Shown piece after piece: positions 29,274 to 36,700 of a stretch of DNA of 43,676 nt. The notes below the pieces were generated by a model. That model made no database searches and had not been told where the DNA came from. It worked only from the letters and a program-made list of their open reading frames with translations. Both the position numbers and the translations under genes were made by a program. Positions within the stretch are counted from its first letter, which is position 1. Every line of letters begins with the position of its first letter. Source of the stretch: Candidatus Uhrbacteria bacterium (lineage in GTDB: Bacteria > Patescibacteriota > Patescibacteriia > UBA9934 > CAZDDW01); NCBI GenBank assembly GCA_043811105.1, contig JBDRNK010000087.1, positions 1-43,676 on the forward strand, read 5' to 3'.

Positions 29274-30137
29274 ATGGAAAAGATTAAAAGAACAAACACC
29301 CTCCTCATCGTGCCAGTAAATGATGAAGAGGCTTACACGATTGCTGAGCTTGGTGATGCGATCAAGATGCAAGTGCATCGCTCCAAGCAACCACATGGTG
29401 CTCGACTTGAAGACGAGTCTGGGGTGTTGGATTTGGTTAAGAAATCAGATTGCTCAACAGTAATTGTTGTCGAAATGCCAGGACCTGAAATCGAAGAGCA
29501 AATTCGCAATCTTGGCAAAGAATTAATTATCATTGATCATCATCGTTACACAGATCTAGATCGCGCCCACGACTCTGAAGGTCATGTGTTGCCTAGTTCG
29601 TTAGAGCAGTTTTTGAATTTGGTCGAACTGTCAGATCAGGAACTGGATGATCTTGGATACAATGCAAAAATGGTTCGAGCAACAGGGTTGTGGGATGAGG
29701 GCTATATCTGGGCCTTGATCGAGAACGGATATTCAACTAAAGAAATAGAACAGTTTGAAGAGCACAAGGAAATAATTGAGAACAAACTAGGGTTGCCAAC
29801 AGAAACTGAAGAATCGCGCCAAGCTGCTGAGCGAGCTTGGAAAGATCGTCAAGAATGGAACGGTTTTCAAATAATGCATTCTGCTGATGACCAAGCGCAT
29901 ATTCGATCTTTGGTTTCACGAATGGCTGCTAAGCATTACAAGAAGCGCACGCCAGTAATTATTTCTGAACGGGCGGGCAAACGCATTTACGTTCAAGAGT
30001 CAGACCGGGCTGTTGATCTGTACAAAGAATTCGGCGGCTTCATGTATGGGGGAGATTGGAATTGGGGGTATGATAATAATGAGAGAAAAAAACAACTGAA
30101 GTTGGATGAAGTAAAAAAAATTTTGAATAAAAAATAG
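29274..30137 (+). CDS. hypothetical protein with a DHH-like motif
   Basis: LIIIDHHRY. C-terminal FGGFMYGGDWNWGYDN motif shared with 31185-31285. Confidence 0.55.
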   Translation: MEKIKRTNTLLIVPVNDEEAYTIAELGDAIKMQVHRSKQPHGARLEDESGVLDLVKKSDCSTVIVVEMPGPEIEEQIRNLGKELIIIDHHRYTDLDRAHDSEGHVLPSSLEQFLNLVELSDQELDDLGYNAKMVRATGLWDEGYIWALIENGYSTKEIEQFEEHKEIIENKLGLPTETEESRQAAERAWKDRQEWNGFQIMHSADDQAHIRSLVSRMAAKHYKKRTPVIISERAGKRIYVQESDRAVDLYKEFGGFMYGGDWNWGYDNNERKKQLKLDEVKKILNKK

Positions 30138-30141
30138 AATT

Positions 30142-31182
30142 ATGGATCGACGAGAAGTGAGACCAATGGCGGAAGTTTGCGAACGTTCGTTTGCTGAGCG
30201 ATTATTGGAAGTTTGGAAAAAAATGCATCCGGAAGTGGTAAATGTTTCTGTTGAACAGCAGGAACAGATGCGGAATCAGGTTGAACAGCGCGAAAACGTG
30301 ATTCGTGATCAAGAGGTACTCGAGGTTTTAAATGAATATGGAATCGATACTTCAAAAATTATCGAAGATGCAGATGGAAATTATCGAATCACGGTAAATA
30401 ATCATTTTAGTCAAAAACGACTCCCTGCTGGTTATGGGTATAAAGGCGGAGCAGCCAGATCGCTTCTTTTGCGAAGTTTGGGAATCGATCCGGCTTATCA
30501 GCCCCGTGATGTTGATCTGATTCGGTTTTCTGAAGAAGAACCGGAACCAGGGATGGATGACTATTTGGCACAAGAATATTCACCTGAAGATTTTTCCGCT
30601 GTTATTGAAGGGCAAGGCCGAGATTCAGTAGAAAAAATGAAAGATGTCGATCGATATTTACAAACTCGTGACTTTACTTTAAATGAATTATACGCGACCG
30701 ATGACGAGGTTGTTGCCACGCGTGAATGTCTTTTAGATAGTGTCCGACGGATCATTCATTTAACGGAATACGAATATAATATGTTCCCTGACCGAATCGG
30801 TTCAAAGATGCTGGCTAAAGCGGTTTTTCTTTATGCCGAAGCGATTGAACGTTGGGGTGAGGCAGAGATTACTCATGATTTGGCATATGAGTATCAATTC
30901 GTTCCACCTTTTTATTTGGCCGTACATCTTGATAAGGCTTTTGAAAGAGGGCCTGAAGTTGCCAAAAGATATGTACAAGAATTAATGAAACGAGAGCAAC
31001 TTCCAGATGACATAATAACTCCAGAAGACGCAGCTGATTATTTGCTGTCATTAATTCGCGATAAAAATTTTTATTATCGTCATGCCCCGATTGGACAATT
31101 TGAAATCGAGGAAGAGTGGATGGAACAATATGATCAGCAACCCAGGTTTCGTGGTCACGGCCGATCAAGGGGGGAAAAATGA
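30142..31182 (+). CDS. nucleotidyltransferase-fold-like protein (hypothetical)
   Basis: YKGGAARSLLLRSLGIDPAYQPRDVDLIRF resembles the GG..R...D.D NTase signature. A possible frameshifted C-terminus continues to 31285. Confidence 0.5.
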   Translation: MDRREVRPMAEVCERSFAERLLEVWKKMHPEVVNVSVEQQEQMRNQVEQRENVIRDQEVLEVLNEYGIDTSKIIEDADGNYRITVNNHFSQKRLPAGYGYKGGAARSLLLRSLGIDPAYQPRDVDLIRFSEEEPEPGMDDYLAQEYSPEDFSAVIEGQGRDSVEKMKDVDRYLQTRDFTLNELYATDDEVVATRECLLDSVRRIIHLTEYEYNMFPDRIGSKMLAKAVFLYAEAIERWGEAEITHDLAYEYQFVPPFYLAVHLDKAFERGPEVAKRYVQELMKREQLPDDIITPEDAADYLLSLIRDKNFYYRHAPIGQFEIEEEWMEQYDQQPRFRGHGRSRGEK

Positions 31183-31310
31183 ACACTTCGGCGGCTTCAC
31201 TTTTAGCAAGGAGCATAACTGGGGGTATGATAATGAGGGGGAGGCAAGGGAACTAGGTATTAAAGATATTCAGAATTTTTTGTAAGATTTGACCAAGTTA
31301 AGTCAAAATT

Positions 31311-31335
31311 AAGCCCTGATTTTGGGCTTATTTTA
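31311..31335 (+). terminator. intrinsic terminator
   Basis: aagccc-tgatttt-gggctt followed by attttag. Confidence 0.5.
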
Positions 31336-31359
31336 GTAAATAGTGTTGTTTGTCAGGTC

Positions 31360-31388
31360 TTGACAAAACTATATTTTGGTGCTATACT
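31360..31388 (+). promoter_or_regulatory. strong sigma70-type promoter for the downstream ncRNA
   Basis: TTGACA (31360-31365), 17-nt spacer, TATACT (31383-31388). Confidence 0.6.
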
Positions 31389-31394
31389 AGTAAA

Positions 31395-31878
31395 AGATGA
31401 TTCAAAAATAATCTTGTGAGAGAGCCCTGGCCGGGGATAAGGCAAAGAGTAGAGAGTAGAAAGTAGAAGGTAGAAAGGAATAAGCTTATATAAGCTCCTT
31501 TCTACTCTCTACTATCTACTTTCTACCCAAAACGGATGTGTAGATCTCTTTCCGAGGTAAACAGGTCTGTTTATTTTTTTCACTCAGAAACCTGGGGGGA
31601 GAGTCCCCCTTCGCTCCTGAAGGAGCTACGGGGGATAGATAAACCGTTACCAGTAGGGCTTATGCCTGAGAGGTGCGGTGAGCTTAACAGGCTTAATCAG
31701 ACCAGGCTTAGGCTTGCTCTATAGTCATAGTTAAGCTCACGAGCTTATATCTGCTGCTTGCAGCGTTCACTAAGTTCACATCACTCCCAGATTTCTGAGT
31801 GAAAACTCAGCTTAAGGCCCTGTAATATTCTAGTAAACTAGATATAGGACAAAGGTGGTTCGAATCCACTCGGGGCCA
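31395..31878 (+). ncRNA. unclassified ~480-nt structured RNA with a tRNA-like 3' end (tmRNA-like, not confirmed)
   Basis: Own promoter and no credible ORF. Long-range pairs: cactcagaaa (31580) with tttctgagtg (31793); gtgagcttaac (31676) with gttaagctcac (31730). 3' end: GGAC-aaa-ggtgg-TTCGAAT-ccact-cggggcc-A. A candidate 5' acceptor strand ggccctg lies at 31816. No G3:U70. Confidence 0.45.
31447..31527 (+). repeat. REP-like long hairpin R4 (GTAGA-repeat arms) inserted in the ncRNA
   Basis: gagtagagagtagaaagtagaaggtagaaagga ... tcctttctactctctactatctactttctac. A second copy lies at 42555-42630. Confidence 0.75.
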
Positions 31879-31955
31879 GCAAAGAAAATACATCACCAGC
31901 GTTGTTGCTGGTGGTGAAGATCTATAAAAACATGTATTGCTGAAGGAGATGTTTG

Positions 31956-33290
31956 ATGACAGCGACACCGGGTTACGCAAGCGCTCTGGGAGCAGCGCCG
32001 CATTCGACGGCGATGTTCAACCTGTTGACCTTCAACCAGGTCGTGGCCACCCACGGCGGAACAGAGGATTGGATCGAGGCCTGCAAGGCGATTGGCTTCG
32101 ACGAGATGCCACCGCTGGCCGGGCGTGAGGTCCCCAAGGGCCTCTGTCGGGTCTGTGGTCCGAGGGTCGACGTCGAGCAGATCGCTGACGGCGAAGGTCT
32201 GTGGCAGGACGGTGAGTTGCCCGACCTGATCGACGCCGCAGACGAGTACCTGCTCGATCACGGCTACGACATCAACGGCAACCTGATCGACGACCTGGAC
32301 GACGACGAGGACGACGACGAGTTCGACCAGGACCTGGAAGTCCAGGAGAGGTTCGAACTGGCCGAGTTGAAGTCTGCGGAAGATCATCTGCGGACGATCG
32401 CCTATAACGACTTCGGTCACGGTGAGGTGACCTGCTGGAAGGCGTATTATCGCACCCAGTATCGGCCGAGCGTCATCGCCGCACAGTCCAAGGCGCAAGT
32501 GGCCAAGCAGTGGTCGTTTGACGTGCCCTATGGCTGGTACGGCATGTTCGATCGAGACGAGATCGAGCGACCCGAGACCGACGGTCTCGAAGATGTCGAA
32601 GCCTGGATGGCCTGGCACGAAGCAGGTCTGCCCTTCGACGTCCTGTTCGAGCAGGAGATGCTCGAGTTCAACGAGCCCTTCGTTGACGTGTCCGATCCGG
32701 ACTTCGACCATGACTGGGACTGGCACTACCGTGACCGGTCCATGGCCTGGGAGGATTTCGACGAGTACGATGATGACGACGATGATCTGGACGACTGGGA
32801 TCGCATGGACGACGACTGGGGTGATCCCTACGCCGACGGCCTCAACGATGAGTGGTCGATCGACGACAACTCCTGGGAGGACAATGATCCTTACGGCTTC
32901 TGGGACGAGGAAGACGGCTGGAACGAGTACGACATCCGTCGCTCCTGGGGTTTTGGCAAAGGCAGTGGTCGTGAACAGCTTTCACTGGAGTACTTCCGGC
33001 AGAAGCACCCTCGGGTTGAGGATCTCCAGGAAGAGTTCGAGCTGGAGGAGATCAGGGTCAGGGTTCGTGAGAGCCACGACTCGTATCGCCTCTGGCAGGA
33101 AGAGTACGGGAAAGATAACCAGGCCTGGAATAGCTGGAAGCGCTATCGGTGTGCACAACGCTGGCCAGTGGTTCACTCGGTTCCATGGGGTGAGGCTACT
33201 CGACATTTGGCCGCAATCCCAATCAGTCTGGAAGACGACTTCCAGGATCTGCTTCTCGAGGATCTGATGGATCTCGAGGACGCCGCCTAG
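31956..33290 (+). CDS. highly acidic Asp/Glu/Trp-rich protein (hypothetical)
   Basis: 444 aa. gaaggag SD 7 nt before ATG 31956. Runs such as DDLDDDEDDDEFD and DDDDDDLDDWDRMDDDWGDPY. Confidence 0.65.
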   Translation: MTATPGYASALGAAPHSTAMFNLLTFNQVVATHGGTEDWIEACKAIGFDEMPPLAGREVPKGLCRVCGPRVDVEQIADGEGLWQDGELPDLIDAADEYLLDHGYDINGNLIDDLDDDEDDDEFDQDLEVQERFELAELKSAEDHLRTIAYNDFGHGEVTCWKAYYRTQYRPSVIAAQSKAQVAKQWSFDVPYGWYGMFDRDEIERPETDGLEDVEAWMAWHEAGLPFDVLFEQEMLEFNEPFVDVSDPDFDHDWDWHYRDRSMAWEDFDEYDDDDDDLDDWDRMDDDWGDPYADGLNDEWSIDDNSWEDNDPYGFWDEEDGWNEYDIRRSWGFGKGSGREQLSLEYFRQKHPRVEDLQEEFELEEIRVRVRESHDSYRLWQEEYGKDNQAWNSWKRYRCAQRWPVVHSVPWGEATRHLAAIPISLEDDFQDLLLEDLMDLEDAA

Positions 33291-33310
33291 TTCATTCAAC
33301 TCAACAAAGT

Positions 33311-33438
33311 CCAGCAGTCCTTGCTGGCACGTGCCTCGAACACTGTTCGAGGCCTCCACCCTGTACCAGACGTCTCTAACGAGCCGTCGGTACAGGGCCC
33401 TACCAGAGTTTCTGAAGTAATTCAGAAACTCTGGTGGG
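33311..33438 (+). repeat. island junction J1: hairpins Ha, Hb, Hc and a short inverted-core element
   Basis: Ha 33311-33327, Hb 33333-33353, Hc 33359-33397 (ccctgTAcc/ggTAcaggg variant). ccctaccagagtttctgaa-gtaa-ttcagaaactctggtggg at 33398-33438. Confidence 0.75.
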
Positions 33439-33479
33439 AGTAGTTTCCAGATTTTTAAAATGTCCAACAAGGAGGATTC

Positions 33480-34364
33480 ATGGGCAACATTCGTTTCTTT
33501 ATCTGTTCCAACCCGGACACCCTCAAGGAGTGTCTTGAGGGAAATCCTTCAGCCACAGTCGAGGCTGAGTATGGCAACCGTGTGGTCGAAGGGTCGCTGT
33601 TGACTCTGGCCCATCATGGGCTACGGTCGAACAACCCGGCGCCTTGTCTGGCCGAGAACGGCTGTGGTCAGGGGGTCGACCTGGTCGGCTTGAGCCATTT
33701 CGACCTGGACACCCTGGGTGGCTGCATGGCCATCCTGGGCAACAAGTCCGAGGCTGATGGCTTCTGGAACCTGGCTGCGTTCGTGGACGTCAATGGCGCC
33801 CACAAGCTTGGTCAGTCCAAGGCCAGTGTCGAGGACGTCGTCCGGCTCTACGCCTTCTGGGCCTGGAGCAAGGATCACCGGCTGTTCGCCCCACGGGGTG
33901 GTGCGGTACTCGACGTGACCACGGAGATCAAGGCAGCTGCGGCTGCGATCATGGCTATCCTGAACGGTGACCATGATCTGATCGAGGCTGGGATGGAGTT
34001 CCAGGGTGAGGAGACTCACCTGAACAGCTCCTCTTTCGTCGAATTGGTCGACGGGGTGGTCGTCCGGATTGTTCGGAATCAGACGGACTTCGTCAACCAC
34101 CTCTACGTCACTCCTGACGGTCAGGTGGCCCAGGCAGTGGTTTCGCTCAACCTGGGACATGGCGGCTGCACGATCAGTCTGGCTGATCCGGTCGAGGGTG
34201 TGTCCTGTCGGGAGATCGTCCAGTCCGTCTGGACGGACACCGACGACGATGGCAATCTTTTGGCTGGTGGCCATGATGGTATCGCTGGTTCGCCACGCGG
34301 CCAACGGCTCGGTCTGGATGACCTGGTCGCCGTTCGCGACGTCATGGTCAAGGCCCTGACCTGA
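33480..34364 (+). CDS. divergent DHH/DHHA1-like phosphoesterase (tentative)
   Basis: SHFDLDTLGG (motif I-like DxD), NGDHDL (DHH-like), AGGHDGIAGSPRG (GGGH..AAG-like). aaggagg SD. Confidence 0.6.
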   Translation: MGNIRFFICSNPDTLKECLEGNPSATVEAEYGNRVVEGSLLTLAHHGLRSNNPAPCLAENGCGQGVDLVGLSHFDLDTLGGCMAILGNKSEADGFWNLAAFVDVNGAHKLGQSKASVEDVVRLYAFWAWSKDHRLFAPRGGAVLDVTTEIKAAAAAIMAILNGDHDLIEAGMEFQGEETHLNSSSFVELVDGVVVRIVRNQTDFVNHLYVTPDGQVAQAVVSLNLGHGGCTISLADPVEGVSCREIVQSVWTDTDDDGNLLAGGHDGIAGSPRGQRLGLDDLVAVRDVMVKALT

Positions 34365-34376
34365 TCCTTTCAAAGC

Positions 34377-34580
34377 CCAGCAGTCCTTGCTGGCACGTGC
34401 CTCGAACCCTGTTCGAGGCTCCACCAGAGTTATTCAAACAAGTATCATGTCTCAAGTAACCCACCTTCGCCAAGGCTTCGGTGGGCAGGCAAGTATCAAG
34501 TTAGGAAGATATCGCGATATTTTCCATCCTTGATCCTTGAACCTTGTTACTTGAAACTTTCCTTGGATACCCCTGGTGGG
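34377..34580 (+). repeat. island junction J2: Ha, Hb, empty Hc site, inverted-core element invaded by host repeats
   Basis: Ha 34377-34393, Hb 34399-34419. ctccacc|agag has no Hc. ccaccagag (34421) pairs with ccctggtggg (34571). The interior 34440-34557 consists of host-type caagt-arm and ccaccttcgccaaggcttcggtgggcagg repeats. Confidence 0.7.
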
Positions 34581-34602
34581 ATACAATCTAAACGGAGGAA
34601 AG

Positions 34603-34749
34603 ATGAGCAAGATCCTGTCTGTCTGTGTCGAAATCGTGATCTACTGCATGGCATTTGCCATGTATCAGATCTACGAGCGCCGCTACTCGTGCGGCAACCT
34701 GAACAACACCTTGGGCAAGGTCGCCAGCTCCACAGGCTACCACCCGTAG
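34603..34749 (+). CDS. 48-aa small hydrophobic protein
   Basis: ggagga SD 5 nt upstream. MSKILSVCVEIVIYCMAFAMYQIYERRYSCGNLNNTLGKVASSTGYHP. Below the ORF-track cutoff. Confidence 0.5.
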   Translation: MSKILSVCVEIVIYCMAFAMYQIYERRYSCGNLNNTLGKVASSTGYHP

Positions 34750-34767
34750 GAATTGAAAGGAGCCGAC

Positions 34768-35037
34768 GTGAGTATTCGTCAACAGTTGGTTTGCTTCGGG
34801 ATCGTGGCAAAAGTCATGTGCACGATCGTTGGTCTTTGCATCTTGGGTACAGTGCTGCTCGTAGCCAACGTGGCTGCCGTTGCTATCTGGATCGGATGTC
34901 TGCTGGATTGGGACTTTCCGATCTTGTACGCCTTTGTCCCAGCTTTGGTAATGTTTCTGGACGTCTGTGTCAGTCTACTGATTTCCAGGCTCTGGCCAGG
35001 GTTCAGTGACTGGCTTTGCCTCGGGTTCAGGAAGTAG
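34768..35037 (+). CDS. small membrane protein (two or three TM)
   Basis: aaggag SD 5 nt before GTG 34768. Hydrophobic throughout. Confidence 0.55.
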   Translation: MSIRQQLVCFGIVAKVMCTIVGLCILGTVLLVANVAAVAIWIGCLLDWDFPILYAFVPALVMFLDVCVSLLISRLWPGFSDWLCLGFRK

Positions 35038-35214
35038 AAGAAGTATATTGCGTGGGCTGGTTCTTACCAGCTCTAACTGCGAACGCCGCGTATGTTCGCA
35101 GACCCTCTCTAGTTTAGAAATAGCGATCCTAATGAAATTCGAATGGCATTCGAATGATCCGAATATTTGTAAATTAAAGAGGGGGAAACAATTTTCAAAC
35201 AACAAGGAGTGGTC

Positions 35215-35298
35215 ATGACCATCGATTTGATCAGAATCTACAACCGCGTCTATTACCGGATTTTCCGGATTCGACGCTGGTTTCGATCCGCGAAGTAA
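35215..35298 (+). CDS. 27-aa highly basic peptide (speculative)
   Basis: aaggag SD 4 nt before the ATG. MTIDLIRIYNRVYYRIFRIRRWFRSAK. Confidence 0.25.
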   Translation: MTIDLIRIYNRVYYRIFRIRRWFRSAK

Positions 35299-35336
35299 AC
35301 CAAGCCGTTAACGCAGAAGTAGAGGAGGAAGTTGAA

Positions 35337-35699
35337 ATGAGCACGAAAATGCTGATTGCTGCCGTGGTGGTGGTGTTGAACTTCTGGCTGGTGTTCGGCT
35401 GTGTCATGCCAGTGCCGGAGATGGTCTCTGACATCTGTGCCATGATGCTTCGAGCCGAAGCCTGGACGATCGGGCTGTGCCTGGTTTTCAGCGTCTTGTT
35501 CTTCTACGATCAGATGGTTCTGGTCGTGGAGCAACACAAGCTTCGCTGTGGTCAGGTCTGTCGGATCTGGTCCAGAGTGACGGTGCCAGACCCCAAGGAG
35601 CTGGGTGTTCGCGAAATGGTTTGCGAGGCCTGGATCATCAGCATGGAAAAGGTTGTACACGCACAACAGCGCGTGCACCGTTTCCTACAAAACGTGTAG
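35337..35699 (+). CDS. hypothetical membrane protein
   Basis: gaggagga SD. 120 aa with N-terminal TM helices. Confidence 0.55.
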   Translation: MSTKMLIAAVVVVLNFWLVFGCVMPVPEMVSDICAMMLRAEAWTIGLCLVFSVLFFYDQMVLVVEQHKLRCGQVCRIWSRVTVPDPKELGVREMVCEAWIISMEKVVHAQQRVHRFLQNV

Positions 35700-35743
35700 C
35701 TTACACGTACGACACCGGAGTCGCACTCGCGATTCCAAATTTA

Positions 35744-35890
35744 CCCTGAACCAGACATCTCTAACGAGCCGTCGGTTCAGGGCCCCACCTGAGATGTTAA
35801 GAGATTTTTCTAACGGGGTTTATCCCCGGTCTGACTGTCAGACGCCAGATGAACTGGCTAAGAAAAATTTCTTAAATCCTCTGGTAGGGG
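35744..35890 (+). repeat. island junction J3: Hc plus element II (copy 1)
   Basis: Hc 35744-35782. Element II 35783-35890: closing stem ttaagagatttttct/agaaaaatttcttaa around three small hairpins (gggg..cccc, tctga..tcaga, gccag..ctggc). Confidence 0.75.
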
Positions 35891-35898
35891 ATCAAAAA

Positions 35899-35925
35899 AC
35901 CGCCATGTAGGCGGTGGTTCGAATC
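35899..35925. terminator. hairpin between convergent genes, overlapping a T-arm-like 13-mer
   Basis: aaaaaaccgcc-atgt-aggcggt. ggtggttcgaatc (35913-35925) is identical to 31854-31866. Confidence 0.45.
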
Positions 35926-35936
35926 TTTACAAATAT

Positions 35937-36287
35937 TTATCGTAACTCTAGCTGGACATGTTGAGCTATCTGTTGTAACTGTGATTCGAGTCGTTCATAT
36001 TTAGATTGCAAAGCAATAAGTTCAGTCTCGAGTTTATTGTGTAAACTAATGAAACCGTCGACTTGGGTAATGATTTCAGATTTTGCTTCATTTACTACTT
36101 CCTTAATTTCAGTACCCAGCTCACCTTTTAAGTTAGAGATTTCAAAAGAGAGATCATCCTTCGAGGTCATGTGAGATTCTAACTCATGCAGATCATCCTT
36201 TGAAGCCGCATTATCTTTAATAAATTCAACAGTATCAAGTACTTGTTGTAGAGCGTTATCTTGATCCATACAAATGTAATTTAACAT
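35937..36287 (-). CDS. coiled-coil protein, AT-rich (paralog of 39116-39613)
   Basis: Start chosen at MLNYICMDQ by homology with the paralog. Shared C-terminus LETEL.ALQSKYERLESQLQQIAQH.QLELR. The line 36001-36060 hand-counts to 35% GC. Confidence 0.6.
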   Translation of the reverse strand: MLNYICMDQDNALQQVLDTVEFIKDNAASKDDLHELESHMTSKDDLSFEISNLKGELGTEIKEVVNEAKSEIITQVDGFISLHNKLETELIALQSKYERLESQLQQIAQHVQLELR

Positions 36288-36310
36288 ATTGTCGAGTAGA
36301 TGACAATGTT

Positions 36311-36409
36311 CTACCAGAGATGAATATTTCTTACCCAACTTGTTGGGGTTTTAAATCAAGACGGGAATAAATTCCCTGAGAAGTATTAAGAAATATCGTT
36401 TCTGGTGGG
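36311..36409 (+). repeat. island element I, copy 1 (structured leader candidate)
   Basis: ctaccagag...tctggtggg bracket. Inner hairpins cccaa-cttg-ttggg and gggaat-aa-attccc. 33 nt upstream of ATG 36443. Confidence 0.7.
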
Positions 36410-36442
36410 AGAAAAATTACATTCAATAAGAAAGGAAACGAG

Positions 36443-36700
36443 ATGACTGAGAAACAGCAGGAAAAGATGCTGACCGAGCTGAACTGGCTCAAGCGCTGGT
36501 TGGTTCGCCAGCCGCGCTGGTTGCAGATGGGCTTCTTGCTCATCTCAGGCCTTTTGCTCGGAGCTGACCTGATTCTGGTCGACCCGATTCCGCTGATCGA
36601 TGAAGCCTTGCTCATCTGGTCCACTTGGACCGGGTTCAAGGTGGCGGTCAACGATGGTCCACGGTATCGGCGTTTGGAAGCGCCGCAGGAGGAGTCATGA
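36443..36700 (+). CDS. small membrane protein, DUF1232/YkvA-like (tentative); paralog of 39855-40115
   Basis: 85 aa. ADLILVDPIPLIDEALLIWS resembles the DUF1232 D.IPD.IP..G..DD motif. Confidence 0.6.
   Translation: MTEKQQEKMLTELNWLKRWLVRQPRWLQMGFLLISGLLLGADLILVDPIPLIDEALLIWSTWTGFKVAVNDGPRYRRLEAPQEES

Noticed and set aside
31395-31878. A confident call of this RNA as tmRNA (ssrA), or the last 63 nt as a tRNA gene.
   Set aside because: - There is no G3:U70 pair.
- There is no convincing 5' acceptor or D-loop analogue at the expected distance.
- There is no plausible Ala-resume tag ending in a hydrophobic ...AA stop.
- The 63-nt minihelix lacks D and anticodon arms, with only a 4-nt loop.

I report it as an unclassified tRNA-like-ended RNA instead.
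31893-34424. Long ORFs on the opposite strand or in alternative frames of the island genes (31893-32726 -, 32518-33267 +, 32982-33470 -, 33621-34424 -), and similarly 15723-16568 - and 16153-16584 + over the SLT-like gene.
   Set aside because: These are typical stop-poor shadow frames of GC-rich coding DNA. They lack SD sequences and overlap better-supported ORFs, and their products are low-complexity and rich in Arg, Pro, Ser and Thr.
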